NCBI GenBank assembly: GCA_963762115.1
Contig: CAVXJH010000006.1
Location: forward strand, 160,001-224,000
Direction: 5' to 3'
Source of the DNA: Candidatus Babeliales bacterium
GTDB taxonomy: Bacteria; Babelota; Babeliae; Babelales; JANWKD01
Length of the DNA: 64,000 bases
In this document: piece after piece, positions 20,256 through 30,581 of the stretch
Position numbering within the stretch: the first letter of the stretch is position 1
How the letters are laid out: every line of letters begins with the position of its first letter
Made by a program: the position numbers and the translations under genes
The notes under the pieces: generated by a model
What the model was told of the DNA's origin: nothing
What the model saw: the letters and a program-made list of their open reading frames with translations, nothing else
The model's database searches: none

Positions 20256-21416
20256 TTACCAATCGCCCTTTTTAACACCCAATTCATCTTCAATTGGCTT
20301 AACAATAGAGCCATAAAGTATCGCATTGCGCCAAGCATCAAGCCTCTCTTTGATTTCATCAATAAAAGTAGGAAGATGTAATTCTTTTCCCTTATAAGTT
20401 TCATATTTAAGCACAGTTATTTGTTTGTAATTATTTCTGTAAAAATTAGTTAATTTCTCAATTAATTTTTTAATGTTACTATTGATGTGATATAAAAATG
20501 CACGAATATCTTTATATAAATCGGGAAAATAATTAGCCAAACGCTTATTATTAACAAATGATTGAAGCTTAAATTGATCTAAAGCAATAGTTGGATCAGC
20601 TTTCTCTAAGTCTTCAAAATCTTCTTGAGTAGGCATTCCCAACTTAAATTTTTCAAGTTCTTGCAAAAAAACTTTACTTTGATCATTAAATTGTTTAAAC
20701 ATTTCGTCTGCAAAATTCCATTGTTCTAGAATGTATTTTTCATCCACGGATTCTTCTTCTAGAACCCCTAATTTTCTACCCAAATTTTGTCTAAATCTTT
20801 CCAAACACTTGCTCATTGAAAGACCGAGCTTCATTGTAATAAAATCTGCCAAACTAGCATTATGTATAGTCTTACATACAAAACAAGCAATGCTATATTT
20901 TTGATCATAACCAGGTTTTTTCCTAATATTAGTTTCACTAACAATCTTATTCAAACGATCTTTAAAATCTTGAAAAGTGAAATAAATTTCTTGAACAAAA
21001 GCAAACAATTCTCTTTGAACTGACATTGATAAGAGCGCAATGTTTTCTTCAATCAAATTACATTCATTCTCCAATTGCTTATTAAGTTTTATAAATTTTT
21101 CACCCACTAAATCATTTTTAATAACAATATTTTCAACCATATTTTGATCAATTTTTGCTGCATTTCTTAATGCATAAATTTCATTTTCTACTTCATATTC
21201 TTCGTTAACCAATGCCTTTATTTCCATTTTAAATTTTACTAAATTCGCTCGTATTTTTTCTTCAACATTATTACTTTTTAATTGCTTGCTACTCACCCCT
21301 AAATTTAATGTGCGCTCTAGCGCACTAAGCTTTCTCTGCAATTCTTGCAATTCAGTTTGTAAAGAACCCTGTAACAACAATGGCGATAAAAACAATATAA
21401 CCAATAATTTTTTCAT
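20256..21416 (-). CDS. secreted helical hypothetical protein (SLQxELQEL family)
   Basis: Signal peptide + GSLQTELQELQRKLSALE; shares KDRLNK, LGRxLG, FPDLYK with the 19070 gene. Confidence 0.75.
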   Translation of the reverse strand: MKKLLVILFLSPLLLQGSLQTELQELQRKLSALERTLNLGVSSKQLKSNNVEEKIRANLVKFKMEIKALVNEEYEVENEIYALRNAAKIDQNMVENIVIKNDLVGEKFIKLNKQLENECNLIEENIALLSMSVQRELFAFVQEIYFTFQDFKDRLNKIVSETNIRKKPGYDQKYSIACFVCKTIHNASLADFITMKLGLSMSKCLERFRQNLGRKLGVLEEESVDEKYILEQWNFADEMFKQFNDQSKVFLQELEKFKLGMPTQEDFEDLEKADPTIALDQFKLQSFVNNKRLANYFPDLYKDIRAFLYHINSNIKKLIEKLTNFYRNNYKQITVLKYETYKGKELHLPTFIDEIKERLDAWRNAILYGSIVKPIEDELGVKKGDW

Positions 21417-21426
21417 CTACGTCCCT

Positions 21427-22089
21427 TTATTTTTGCCAAAGTTCACTATATTCATTCATCGCTCTTTGAGCCCTATCAGTTATTTTTTCAATATCATTTT
21501 GCATGCTAAAAAAAAAATTTTTTAAAATTATAGTTTTATCACCAAAAAAATTTATTAATTTTGCATCTTGCGTCCAATATTCTTTAATGAAAAATGCTGA
21601 TTTTTCATGTGCTAACAAAAATTCATTAAAAAAATTATTAAATTGATTCCAGTCATCTTTTATCTTTTGATAAAGTTGAATTACTTTTGCACCAAATTTT
21701 TCTTTAATATCAAGGTCGTAAGTATATTTATTAATTATTTCCGTAAGACCTATTAACTTATTATGCAGGGAAATTGATTTAGCTTGATATTCCTCAATAA
21801 ATCTTTTTATTTTAAATAATTTTTTTGTATCATCCATTTCTTTTAAAAAATTAATAAGATGATCAAAATTATTACGTTGTTTTTGAACAACCTTATTGGT
21901 CTTTTTTAATAACTGCTCAAATTCTTGTTCTATTTCTTTTTCTGTTTTTGGTTTTTGATGTAATAAAACTTGTTCTAGAGCAACAAGATTATCAAATAAC
22001 TCTTGCAAATTTTGTTGCAAAGATGCTTGCACTTCATAAAATGACATACTAAAAACAAAAATTATTCCCCAAGAAACTATTTTTTTCAC
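21427..22089 (-). CDS. secreted helical hypothetical protein (SLQxxLQEL family)
   Basis: Signal peptide + ASLQQNLQELFDNLVALE. Confidence 0.7.
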   Translation of the reverse strand: MKKIVSWGIIFVFSMSFYEVQASLQQNLQELFDNLVALEQVLLHQKPKTEKEIEQEFEQLLKKTNKVVQKQRNNFDHLINFLKEMDDTKKLFKIKRFIEEYQAKSISLHNKLIGLTEIINKYTYDLDIKEKFGAKVIQLYQKIKDDWNQFNNFFNEFLLAHEKSAFFIKEYWTQDAKLINFFGDKTIILKNFFFSMQNDIEKITDRAQRAMNEYSELWQK

Positions 22090-22190
22090 AAAAAAACCTC
22101 ATCAGTATTTTTTCAAGAGTTCTTTACAAAAAAAAATTAAAAAAGTAGGGTACTCAATGTCAATGTTATTGAATTATAAAAGGAGATTGT

Positions 22191-23582
22191 ATGATCAAGC
22201 GTCTATTATTTGTGATAGGTATTCTTACCCCAATAAGTACAACTTTTACCTCAGAATATAAAGTTGCTCAATTATGTGAGGATTGCGAATCAAGCAATGT
22301 ACAATTTATTGAATTTTGTTGCACAGATCGTGATGGAAACTATAAATCAGTCATACGACCAATTAACTATTTAAAAAATGATCTTCAATATGGCATATTT
22401 CTCGATGGTTCATCAATTCCAGGATGCACAGAAATCACCAAAAGTGATATTCAGCTCAAACCAGACTTAGATGCACCAATTACAAAATTACCATGGCATG
22501 ACAATCAAATTGGCATGATCCGCATTATTTGCGATATGTATCTTGATGATACTACTCCTTATACCTCTGATCCACGCCATATTTTAAAAAAAGAATTAGA
22601 AGCGGCTTATGCTCTTGGTTATGATTTTTATGTTGGTCCAGAAATTGAATTTTATGTATTCAATACTACCGATGACAAAACGTTAATTCCCCTTGATAAT
22701 AATAACTATGCAGCGTGTTCAAATGATTTTGCTCTTTCACAAGCGCTTGCTAATACCCTCAATGTTCTTAATGCAATGGGCTTGTATATTGAAAAAATTC
22801 ATCATGAAGTCGGACCTGGTCAATTTGAAATAAGTAAACATTATGACAATGCTTTAAATATTGCCGATCAAATTGGCACTATTGAGCAAGCGCTCAGTAT
22901 TGCAGCTCAAATTTATCATAAAAAAGTTAGTTTTATGCCAAAACCAATGTTTGGCAAACCTGGCAGTGGTATGCATCTCAATTTAAGCCTCTTTGACCTT
23001 CACCATAACTGCAATGCGTTCTTTAATCCTGAAAATCCTGAAACAATAAGCGATACAGCAAAATATTTTATTGCTGGTATTTTAAAACATGCACGCGAAT
23101 ATACTTTACTTCTTAATCCAAGCGTCAATTCCTATAAAAGGCTTGTAAAGGGCTACGAAGCTCCTATTTATATCTGTTGTGGTGAAAAAAATAGAAGCGC
23201 CTTAATTCGTTTGCCACACACAAATGCAATGCAACCCCAAGCATTTAGACTAGAAATACGGTCTCCCGATGCATTATGTAATCCCTATTTAGCTTTTGCT
23301 GCATTACTACGAGCAGGCATGGAAGGCATAAAAAATAAATATACACTGCCAACTTTAATTGATGAAAACATTTATGTAATGAACGAAGAAACCAGAACCG
23401 CTCAGCATATTGCTACCTTGCCACATTCACTACAAGAAGCAATAGAAGCGTTTGAAGAAAGTTCTCTTATGCGTGAACTGCTTGGCGAACATTTATTTTT
23501 AAGTTATTTAAAAGCAAAGAAAACAGAATTAGCGAATTTTGAACAAGCAGTTACCGACTGGGAATTGGAACGTTATTTATAA
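22191..23582 (+). CDS. glnA: glutamine synthetase type I family protein with hydrophobic N-terminal extension
   Basis: DGSSI, GPEIEF, HHEVGPGQFEI, FMPKP, GSGMH, NSYKRL, NRSALIR, EIRSPD. Confidence 0.85.
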   Translation: MIKRLLFVIGILTPISTTFTSEYKVAQLCEDCESSNVQFIEFCCTDRDGNYKSVIRPINYLKNDLQYGIFLDGSSIPGCTEITKSDIQLKPDLDAPITKLPWHDNQIGMIRIICDMYLDDTTPYTSDPRHILKKELEAAYALGYDFYVGPEIEFYVFNTTDDKTLIPLDNNNYAACSNDFALSQALANTLNVLNAMGLYIEKIHHEVGPGQFEISKHYDNALNIADQIGTIEQALSIAAQIYHKKVSFMPKPMFGKPGSGMHLNLSLFDLHHNCNAFFNPENPETISDTAKYFIAGILKHAREYTLLLNPSVNSYKRLVKGYEAPIYICCGEKNRSALIRLPHTNAMQPQAFRLEIRSPDALCNPYLAFAALLRAGMEGIKNKYTLPTLIDENIYVMNEETRTAQHIATLPHSLQEAIEAFEESSLMRELLGEHLFLSYLKAKKTELANFEQAVTDWELERYL

Positions 23583-23658
23583 AGGCTAAAAACACCAAGT
23601 AGCATTATTTAAAGAAAAATAGTATTCTTAATTTGCTTTAATCTATTTTCTCAACGTT

Positions 23659-24816
23659 TTGCTACTTGGTGTGTTACAAATTTTCACTCATTTTTTTTCA
23701 ATTACTTTTCATCCGTTATTATTCTTTGTGTTGGCATTCATAGGTGGTATTGCAACACAAGCTATTCTTAATGCTTCATATATAGAGATGACAATCGTTC
23801 TGAGTGTTTTAGTTGGCATTTGTATACTATTTTCAAAAAAATCAATTCCCGTTGCACTCTTTTTATTAAGTGGCTTTTTATGCGGAGCACTCTGTTACAA
23901 AAAACAGATCGATGATCACGAACATTTTTGCAAAACTTTTTGTAATCAAACCTATGATGTTATAGCAACCGTGACCGACAAACAATCCATAGAAAATTCC
24001 TATCAAAAAGAATTTTTAAAACTTTCAATTCAAGAGCTCTATAATGTTAAAACACAAGAGCAAAACCATATCAACACATCTTGTATTGCTTATTGTTCGA
24101 CCAAGATGGATACCATCACCATTGGTGATACGGTCAGGTTTTCGAATATATTTTTAAAAAAATCTAAAAACAATGCTTTTGTACGCCATCTTTTGAAAGA
24201 AGGTAACTCTATAAGTTTTTTTGCTAAAAATATTCCTACACTAGTGCATAGACCTAAATATTCATTACAACGAACTCTTTTTAATGAAAAAATATATTTA
24301 TTAACAACCATAAAAAACAAAATGTCATTTCGCTGTTACACACTATTCGCCTCTTTATTTCTTGGCAATAGAACCCATAATAAAAAATATCTTACAACCA
24401 TCAAAGAACAATTTAAATATTGGGGACTATCTCATTATTTGGCACGGTCAGGACTTCATTTAATTATTTTTCTTTTATTATTTACTTTTTTATTACGGTT
24501 AATACCATTTTCTCGCACGTTAAAATCTCTCATTCTCACCACCATCTGCTTTCTTTATGCGCTCTTTAGTTGGTCCAGTATTTCATTTATAAGGGCACTT
24601 TTAACCTATTTTTTTTATTGCTTATATATTTTTTTTAATTTTCAAATAAACACCCTTCATATTTTAAGTCTTATAACTTTTATCATCTTAATGACAAATC
24701 CCTTACAACTTTTTTTTCTTGATTTTCAATTGAGCTTCGGTCTTACTTTTGCACTTGCTTTTATTAACCATGCAAAAACAAATAAAGCAAAAATCGCACA
24801 ACTCTTGCCCAAATGA
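23659..24816 (+). CDS. comEC: ComEC/Rec2 competence membrane protein (no C-terminal MBL domain)
   Basis: GLSHYLARSGLH, SFIRA, NP, FQLSF. Confidence 0.8.
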   Translation: MLLGVLQIFTHFFSITFHPLLFFVLAFIGGIATQAILNASYIEMTIVLSVLVGICILFSKKSIPVALFLLSGFLCGALCYKKQIDDHEHFCKTFCNQTYDVIATVTDKQSIENSYQKEFLKLSIQELYNVKTQEQNHINTSCIAYCSTKMDTITIGDTVRFSNIFLKKSKNNAFVRHLLKEGNSISFFAKNIPTLVHRPKYSLQRTLFNEKIYLLTTIKNKMSFRCYTLFASLFLGNRTHNKKYLTTIKEQFKYWGLSHYLARSGLHLIIFLLLFTFLLRLIPFSRTLKSLILTTICFLYALFSWSSISFIRALLTYFFYCLYIFFNFQINTLHILSLITFIILMTNPLQLFFLDFQLSFGLTFALAFINHAKTNKAKIAQLLPK

Positions 24817-24849
24817 ACATCGATTTATTATGTTGAAGACAAATATTTT

Positions 24850-26367
24850 ATGAAAAAAGGGAGAAAAATGGTTTTTCTAAAAAAAATTATAGCTACAAAA
24901 AAAATTATTAGTATACTATTTGGCCTCTGTTTCTGCCTTAACCAAATGAATATATATGCAGAATCAAAAAGCAATGATTATGAAAGCCAAATAGTAGAAA
25001 CCTTAAATGAATTATTATTGCCAACACCTGAATATATAAGCACTGTTACTGAAATTGTTAGCCTTGAAGAAAGTTACAATGTATCAGTTCGCGCTATACA
25101 ACCTCAACCTAAAAAACATATCACTTTTATGACCTATATGGCTGCCGATAACAACCTAGCATTCTTTGCACGCAAAAATCTTGATCAACAAGCTCAAATT
25201 GGATCAAATAACTTAATAAATATTGTAACCGAGCTTGACACTCGGTTATCGGGAAATCAAAAAGTAACAAAAATTTATTATGTACAGAAAGATCAATTGA
25301 TAATATTAAACAATGACGATCCTTCAACACAAAAAATGGATAGCGGCAATCCTGAAACGCTCATTAAATTTTGTCGATTTGCCATCAAAAATTTTCCCGC
25401 TGACCACTATGTTCTTGTGTTGTGGAATCATGGTACCGGCATTATCGATATTGGACAATATAGCGCCTTTAACTCAAGTAAATTATTCCGTTACAACGCT
25501 GATATTAACATGCTTGAACTTGATCGCTCAATGCCATTTCTTGAATTTATCACTCAATCACTCCCCGATCCCCGCGGACTTTGCTTTGATGACACAACAG
25601 GACATTATCTTACTAATCAAGGATTAGAATATGCCCTAAAAACTATTTGCAATGAATGTTTAAATGGAAAAAAATTGGATATTATTGGCTTTGATGCTTG
25701 CCTCATGTCAATGCTTGAAATTGGCAATATCATTAAAGATTATGCAGACTATATGGTTGGATCACAGGAAGTTGAATTAGCTTTAGGATGGCGCTACGAT
25801 TTAATCTTGGCACCCGTTACGCAACATCGCATGAATATGAATATATTTGCGCAACATATTGTTGACACCTATCATGAAATGTATCATAAAATAACAAAGG
25901 ATTACACACAGTCTGCCGTTGCTTTAAAAGAATTATACCAACTAGAAGACAATGTAAACAATGTTGCGCTATTGCTTATTGAAGCCCTCAATAATGAAAA
26001 AAGCAACACGGTTCGTGATGCGCTCAAGGCAAGTAGGCATAAATTATTTTGCACTCATTTTGTTGAACAAAGCTTCATTGATTTATGGCATTTTTATAGC
26101 AACGTACTGAGTAACTGCCCTAAATTTCAATTTAAAAACAACACAACAGGAGCAACAATAAAAAATGAAATCGTCAAAACTTTGCAACAAGGAATCACCA
26201 TAATGCAACGCATAATTATTGCCAATGTTGTCGGCAGCGGACTTGCAAAAGCAAAAGGAATTTCAATTTATTTCCCCGAACAACGAATACATGGTTCATA
26301 TGCCTATACCAAGTTTGCACAGACAAATAATTGGGGAACATTTATTTCAAAATACATACAATTATAA
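24850..26367 (+). CDS. clostripain-family (C11) cysteine peptidase
   Basis: YMAADNNL, LWNHGTG, GFDACLM, GISIYFP. Confidence 0.9.
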   Translation: MKKGRKMVFLKKIIATKKIISILFGLCFCLNQMNIYAESKSNDYESQIVETLNELLLPTPEYISTVTEIVSLEESYNVSVRAIQPQPKKHITFMTYMAADNNLAFFARKNLDQQAQIGSNNLINIVTELDTRLSGNQKVTKIYYVQKDQLIILNNDDPSTQKMDSGNPETLIKFCRFAIKNFPADHYVLVLWNHGTGIIDIGQYSAFNSSKLFRYNADINMLELDRSMPFLEFITQSLPDPRGLCFDDTTGHYLTNQGLEYALKTICNECLNGKKLDIIGFDACLMSMLEIGNIIKDYADYMVGSQEVELALGWRYDLILAPVTQHRMNMNIFAQHIVDTYHEMYHKITKDYTQSAVALKELYQLEDNVNNVALLLIEALNNEKSNTVRDALKASRHKLFCTHFVEQSFIDLWHFYSNVLSNCPKFQFKNNTTGATIKNEIVKTLQQGITIMQRIIIANVVGSGLAKAKGISIYFPEQRIHGSYAYTKFAQTNNWGTFISKYIQL

Positions 26368-26391
26368 TTGAACACAGAGACTATTTTTTTT

Positions 26392-26961
26392 ATGAATACA
26401 AAAAATCAAAAACAGCAGCTCCTAAAAGAGCTTTATGCACCATTTACTGAATGCAGCAATTTTCCCCTTGAAACTACCGGCGCCACGCGTGTTGTCTTTG
26501 GCGAGGGGAATCCCAATGCGCAATTAATGATTATAGGTGAAGCTCCAGGGAAGCAAGAAGATGAACAAGGAAGGCCTTTTGTTGGACGCTCAGGTAAACT
26601 ACTCACAAAAGTTCTTGAAAATTTAGGTTTAAAGAGAGAGGAAGTGTTTATTACCAATGTGGCTAAATGTCGCCCACCCAACAACAGAACTCCAACAACG
26701 CAAGAAGTAGCTCTTTATAAAACACTGATCTTAATGCAAGAAATCAATATCATTAAACCAAAAGTTATTATTACTCTTGGCGCAGTAGCATTAGAGGCGA
26801 TTCTTGAAAATGGCGCAAAAATTGGCAAAATACGGGGAACAATACAGCATAAAAACGGCCTAACTATCGTTCCAACATATCATCCTGCATATATCTTAAG
26901 AAATCCAGCAAAATTAATTAATTTTAGCCACGATATACAACTTTCAATTTCCTTGCTATAA
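26392..26961 (+). CDS. uracil-DNA glycosylase family 4
   Basis: IGEAPG, PFVGRSG, KCRPPNNR, HPAY. Confidence 0.93.
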   Translation: MNTKNQKQQLLKELYAPFTECSNFPLETTGATRVVFGEGNPNAQLMIIGEAPGKQEDEQGRPFVGRSGKLLTKVLENLGLKREEVFITNVAKCRPPNNRTPTTQEVALYKTLILMQEINIIKPKVIITLGAVALEAILENGAKIGKIRGTIQHKNGLTIVPTYHPAYILRNPAKLINFSHDIQLSISLL

Positions 26962-26995
26962 AAGCAATTCTTGCCACATAATTTCACATAGAAAA

Positions 26996-27283
26996 TGTGG
27001 ATAACTATGTGGATAACTATGTGGATAACTTTAATGCATAAAATGATATAAGCGATTGAAAGATGCAATTCAGATGCAACCTTCGCAAACAAGGCAATAG
27101 AAGGCAAGATTGAACCTTCACAAAAAGTTATCCACAGGTTATCCACATAGTTATCCACATTAAAAAATGACAAAAAACCCTTTATTTATCGGTGTTTTTT
27201 TCCGAAATGGGCATAGTTATCCACAAAAATCGAAAAGCCTATTATTATAATTATATAATAAATTATATATATAACTAATAATA
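26996..27283. other. replication origin oriC
   Basis: TGTGGATAA at 26996, 27008, 27020; TTATCCACA at 27128, 27139, 27151, 27217; then GCC + TAT-TAT-TAT trio-like, AT-only stretch; apparent skew inversion. Confidence 0.9.
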
Positions 27284-27396
27284 CGCTTCCAAAAAATGTG
27301 GAAGGGGATTTTGTTTCAAGACATCCTTCTTTTTTTTTAAATTTTGCTAGACTTCTAACTACACACCTAAATTCTTTATTTTAGACAAAGGAAATC

Positions 27397-28473
27397 GTGA
27401 AACTTTTTCAGGTTATAGAAGAGCTCGTTGAAGAAAAAGGCCTAGAGCGGTCTGTTTTGAGCTCAATTATTTGCGAGGGCATGCTTGCTGCATATGCAAA
27501 AAGGTATCCAGATTTGCATTTCCAGGTAGATCATGACAAAAAAACTGATGAAATATCTATCAACGTTCAAAAGAAGGTTGTGGCATCAGTTGTCGACGAA
27601 GATACTGAGATTAGTTATCGAAAAGCCAAAAATATCAACCCTGCACTTACTATTGGTGATACTATTTGGGTTCCTTTCGAGGGAAAAATTGGAAGAATTG
27701 AGATCTTGCGTGCAAAACAGGTTATTGCAAATCAAATTCGCTATATTGAAGCTGAAGCTATTTACAACGAATTCAAAGATAAAAAAGACACAATAGTTCA
27801 CGGCGTTGTTCATAAATGTGAACGCAATGGTGCTATTATTAAAATTGATGATGCTTTAGCGTTTTTGCCGAAATCGCTTACTATTCCTGGGGAAAAATGT
27901 AACGTCGGCTTTTCAATTCGCGTTCTCTTAAAGGATGTTTTAACTGAACCAAGAAATGATAATCAGCTTATTTTAGATCGTGTTTCTCCTTTGTTTATTG
28001 AAAAATTATTTGAACTTGAAATTCCAGAAGTATTTGAAAAGCTCGTTGAAATTAAAAAGGTTGTTAGAATTCCTGGTTATAAATCAAAAGTTGCCGTTGT
28101 CTCGCATGACGCAAATATAGATCCTGTTGGCACCTGTGTTGGTGTTGGTGGTGTTCGCATTAAGCCAATTCTAAAAGAGTTAGGCACGGAAAAAATTGAT
28201 ATTATTTCTTGGAGTGATTCTTTAGAAAATTTTATAAAGGACGCTTTAAAGCCTGCAATTATAAATAGAATTGAGCTTATTGATAATAAAAATGCAAATG
28301 TTTTTCTTGAAGAAGATCAACGTTCGTTGGCCATAGGCAAGATGGGGCAAAATATTTCTTTAGCCTCTCAATTAACGGGAATTAATATTCATTTAGTTCA
28401 AAGCAACTCTCAAAGACTTGATCGTCATGAAGAGGAGCAGCAAGATTATTCAGGTGTGGATGATCTTAATTAG
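27397..28473 (+). CDS. nusA: transcription factor NusA
   Basis: AKQVI, RIPGYKSKVAV, DPVGTCVG, AIGKMGQNI. Confidence 0.96.
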   Translation: MKLFQVIEELVEEKGLERSVLSSIICEGMLAAYAKRYPDLHFQVDHDKKTDEISINVQKKVVASVVDEDTEISYRKAKNINPALTIGDTIWVPFEGKIGRIEILRAKQVIANQIRYIEAEAIYNEFKDKKDTIVHGVVHKCERNGAIIKIDDALAFLPKSLTIPGEKCNVGFSIRVLLKDVLTEPRNDNQLILDRVSPLFIEKLFELEIPEVFEKLVEIKKVVRIPGYKSKVAVVSHDANIDPVGTCVGVGGVRIKPILKELGTEKIDIISWSDSLENFIKDALKPAIINRIELIDNKNANVFLEEDQRSLAIGKMGQNISLASQLTGINIHLVQSNSQRLDRHEEEQQDYSGVDDLN

Positions 28474-28531
28474 CCATTAGTTTGGTAAAAATATAATGTA
28501 TTTATAATTTCATAGGGTAAAATTAAAGCTT

Positions 28532-30502
28532 ATGCGCGTATATGAACTCTCAAAAAAACTTGGTTTATCAAATAAAGAGTTAATCGATAAGTTGCAACAG
28601 GCAGGGTTTGATGAACTTACCCATATGTCTGCGCTTTCACAAGAAGCAATCGATATTGCTAGTCAGTCTATAAAAACAGAATCAGCTCCTATCGAAAGCG
28701 TTGAAACAAAAGTGGAAATAACCCCAAAAAAAGTTCAAGAAGAAGTTGATGCTAAAATAGCTGAACCTCAAAAAGTTATACAGCCATCAAATCAAAAAAA
28801 ATTAGACGAAGATACCATTGTGCTTGAACCAATGACCGTTGCACAACTATCTCAAAAAATACATAGACCTGTTAACGATATCATTTTAACACTTTTAAAA
28901 CAGGGTGTAGTTTCTCCAAAAAATCAATTATTGTCGACAAAAGTTATAGAACAGCTTGCAAAGCATTATCAATTTAAAACAATTGCACCATCCTCAGAAC
29001 AATTAGATACCACAAGGCCGCTTATAAGAGTTTCATCGCAAGCTCACAGTCGATCCCCTGTTGTTGTTGTTATTGGGCACGTAGATCATGGTAAAACAAC
29101 TTTGCTTGATTTTATTCGTAAAACAAAAGTTGCAGCAAAAGAGCAAGGCGGTATTACGCAACATCTTGGTGCTTATCAGGTTGAAACGCCACAAGGCAAA
29201 ATAGTTTTCCTCGATACTCCAGGACACGCAGCATTTACAAAAATGAGAGCGCGTGGCGTTAAGGTCGCTGATATAGCCGTTTTAGTAGTTGCTGCTGATG
29301 ATGGCGTTATGCCGCAAACTATTGAAGCGATAAAACATGCCAAAGCTGTGCAAGTTCCTATCATTGTTGCTATTAATAAAATTGATAAAGCAACGCCAAT
29401 GCAAATTGAAACGGTAAAGCGTCAATTAGCTCAACATGATGTAGTCCCAGAAGAATGGGGTGGTCAAGTTATTTTTGCACCTATTTCAGCTAAAACTGGG
29501 GCAGGAGTTGATCAATTATTAGAATTGATTGTGTTACAATCTCAGCTTATGGAATTATCAACAGATGAAAGTGCGCCGGCGCAAGGATTTGTTTTAGAAG
29601 CTCGTATGGAAAAAGGCCGTGGAGCTGTTGCGACAGTCCTTTGTCATGAAGGTACGGTTAAGATAGGTGATTACTTTATAGCGGGTCAGTCTCATGGGAA
29701 GATAAGTTCTCTTATGGATTCTCATGGTCGCATGCTAAAAAAAGTTGGACCTTCAATACCTGTTCAAATTGCAGGTTTTTCAATATTACCTGAAGCTGGT
29801 GATAGTTTTGAAGTTGTCTCACAAGATCGTTATAAAAATATTCGCTTTGAAAAATCTCTCGCAATGGAATCTGATATTGGTAAATTTTCTCAAGGTGAAT
29901 CAATTAATCTCTTGATTAAAGTAGACAGTAAATCCAGTAGGGAAGCCTTATTGGGAGCTATTGATCAATTGCCTGTAAATGATGAAAAACGTATACATGT
30001 TGTATATGCTGCGGTGGGCGATATTAGCGAAAGCGATGTTACTTTAGCGACGGCAACTGATGCAATTATTTATGGTTTTCATGTGAAGCCAGAATCAAAT
30101 GCTACGGTTTTAGCGCAGAAAAATAATGTTGCGATAAAGTTATTTCAGATTATTTATAGGCTTTTAGATGATATTGCCTTATTAGTTAAAAAAGATGTAA
30201 AAATAAAAATGATACGCACCAAGATAGGTGAAGCTATTGTTCGTCGTGTATTCGAAACAAAAAATGAAGGAACTATTGCAGGTTCTTATGTTAGAGAAGG
30301 TCGATTTGCGCGTAATGGTTTTGTTATTATCTGGCGTGGTAAAAGTAAAATTGGTGATGGCCCTATTAAGAGTTTGCAACGAGACAGAAAAGCAGTAAAA
30401 GAAGTGCATTCTGGCTTTGAATGTGCCTTTATTATTGATGGTTTCAATGCATGGGAAGTTGATGATAGAGTTGAGTGTTATCTCGATATGCCTGCTCAAT
30501 AA
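28532..30502 (+). CDS. infB: translation initiation factor IF-2
   Basis: [27 protein letters not shown]. Confidence 0.98.
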   Translation: MRVYELSKKLGLSNKELIDKLQQAGFDELTHMSALSQEAIDIASQSIKTESAPIESVETKVEITPKKVQEEVDAKIAEPQKVIQPSNQKKLDEDTIVLEPMTVAQLSQKIHRPVNDIILTLLKQGVVSPKNQLLSTKVIEQLAKHYQFKTIAPSSEQLDTTRPLIRVSSQAHSRSPVVVVIGHVDHGKTTLLDFIRKTKVAAKEQGGITQHLGAYQVETPQGKIVFLDTPGHAAFTKMRARGVKVADIAVLVVAADDGVMPQTIEAIKHAKAVQVPIIVAINKIDKATPMQIETVKRQLAQHDVVPEEWGGQVIFAPISAKTGAGVDQLLELIVLQSQLMELSTDESAPAQGFVLEARMEKGRGAVATVLCHEGTVKIGDYFIAGQSHGKISSLMDSHGRMLKKVGPSIPVQIAGFSILPEAGDSFEVVSQDRYKNIRFEKSLAMESDIGKFSQGESINLLIKVDSKSSREALLGAIDQLPVNDEKRIHVVYAAVGDISESDVTLATATDAIIYGFHVKPESNATVLAQKNNVAIKLFQIIYRLLDDIALLVKKDVKIKMIRTKIGEAIVRRVFETKNEGTIAGSYVREGRFARNGFVIIWRGKSKIGDGPIKSLQRDRKAVKEVHSGFECAFIIDGFNAWEVDDRVECYLDMPAQ

Positions 30503-30581
30503 TTTTTATAATACTTTTTTTACTATTTCTTTGTAAAACGACATATTTTGTTCCAATATTGCCTAAAAAAAGGAGTGCATC

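Noticed and set aside
26996..27159. Short tandem repeats as CRISPR or VNTR
   Set aside because: Units are 9-bp DnaA boxes with 2-3 bp gaps; no spacers or cas genes
26880..27173. 97-aa minus-strand ORF
   Set aside because: Translation of the DnaA-box arrays, overlapping the UDG gene
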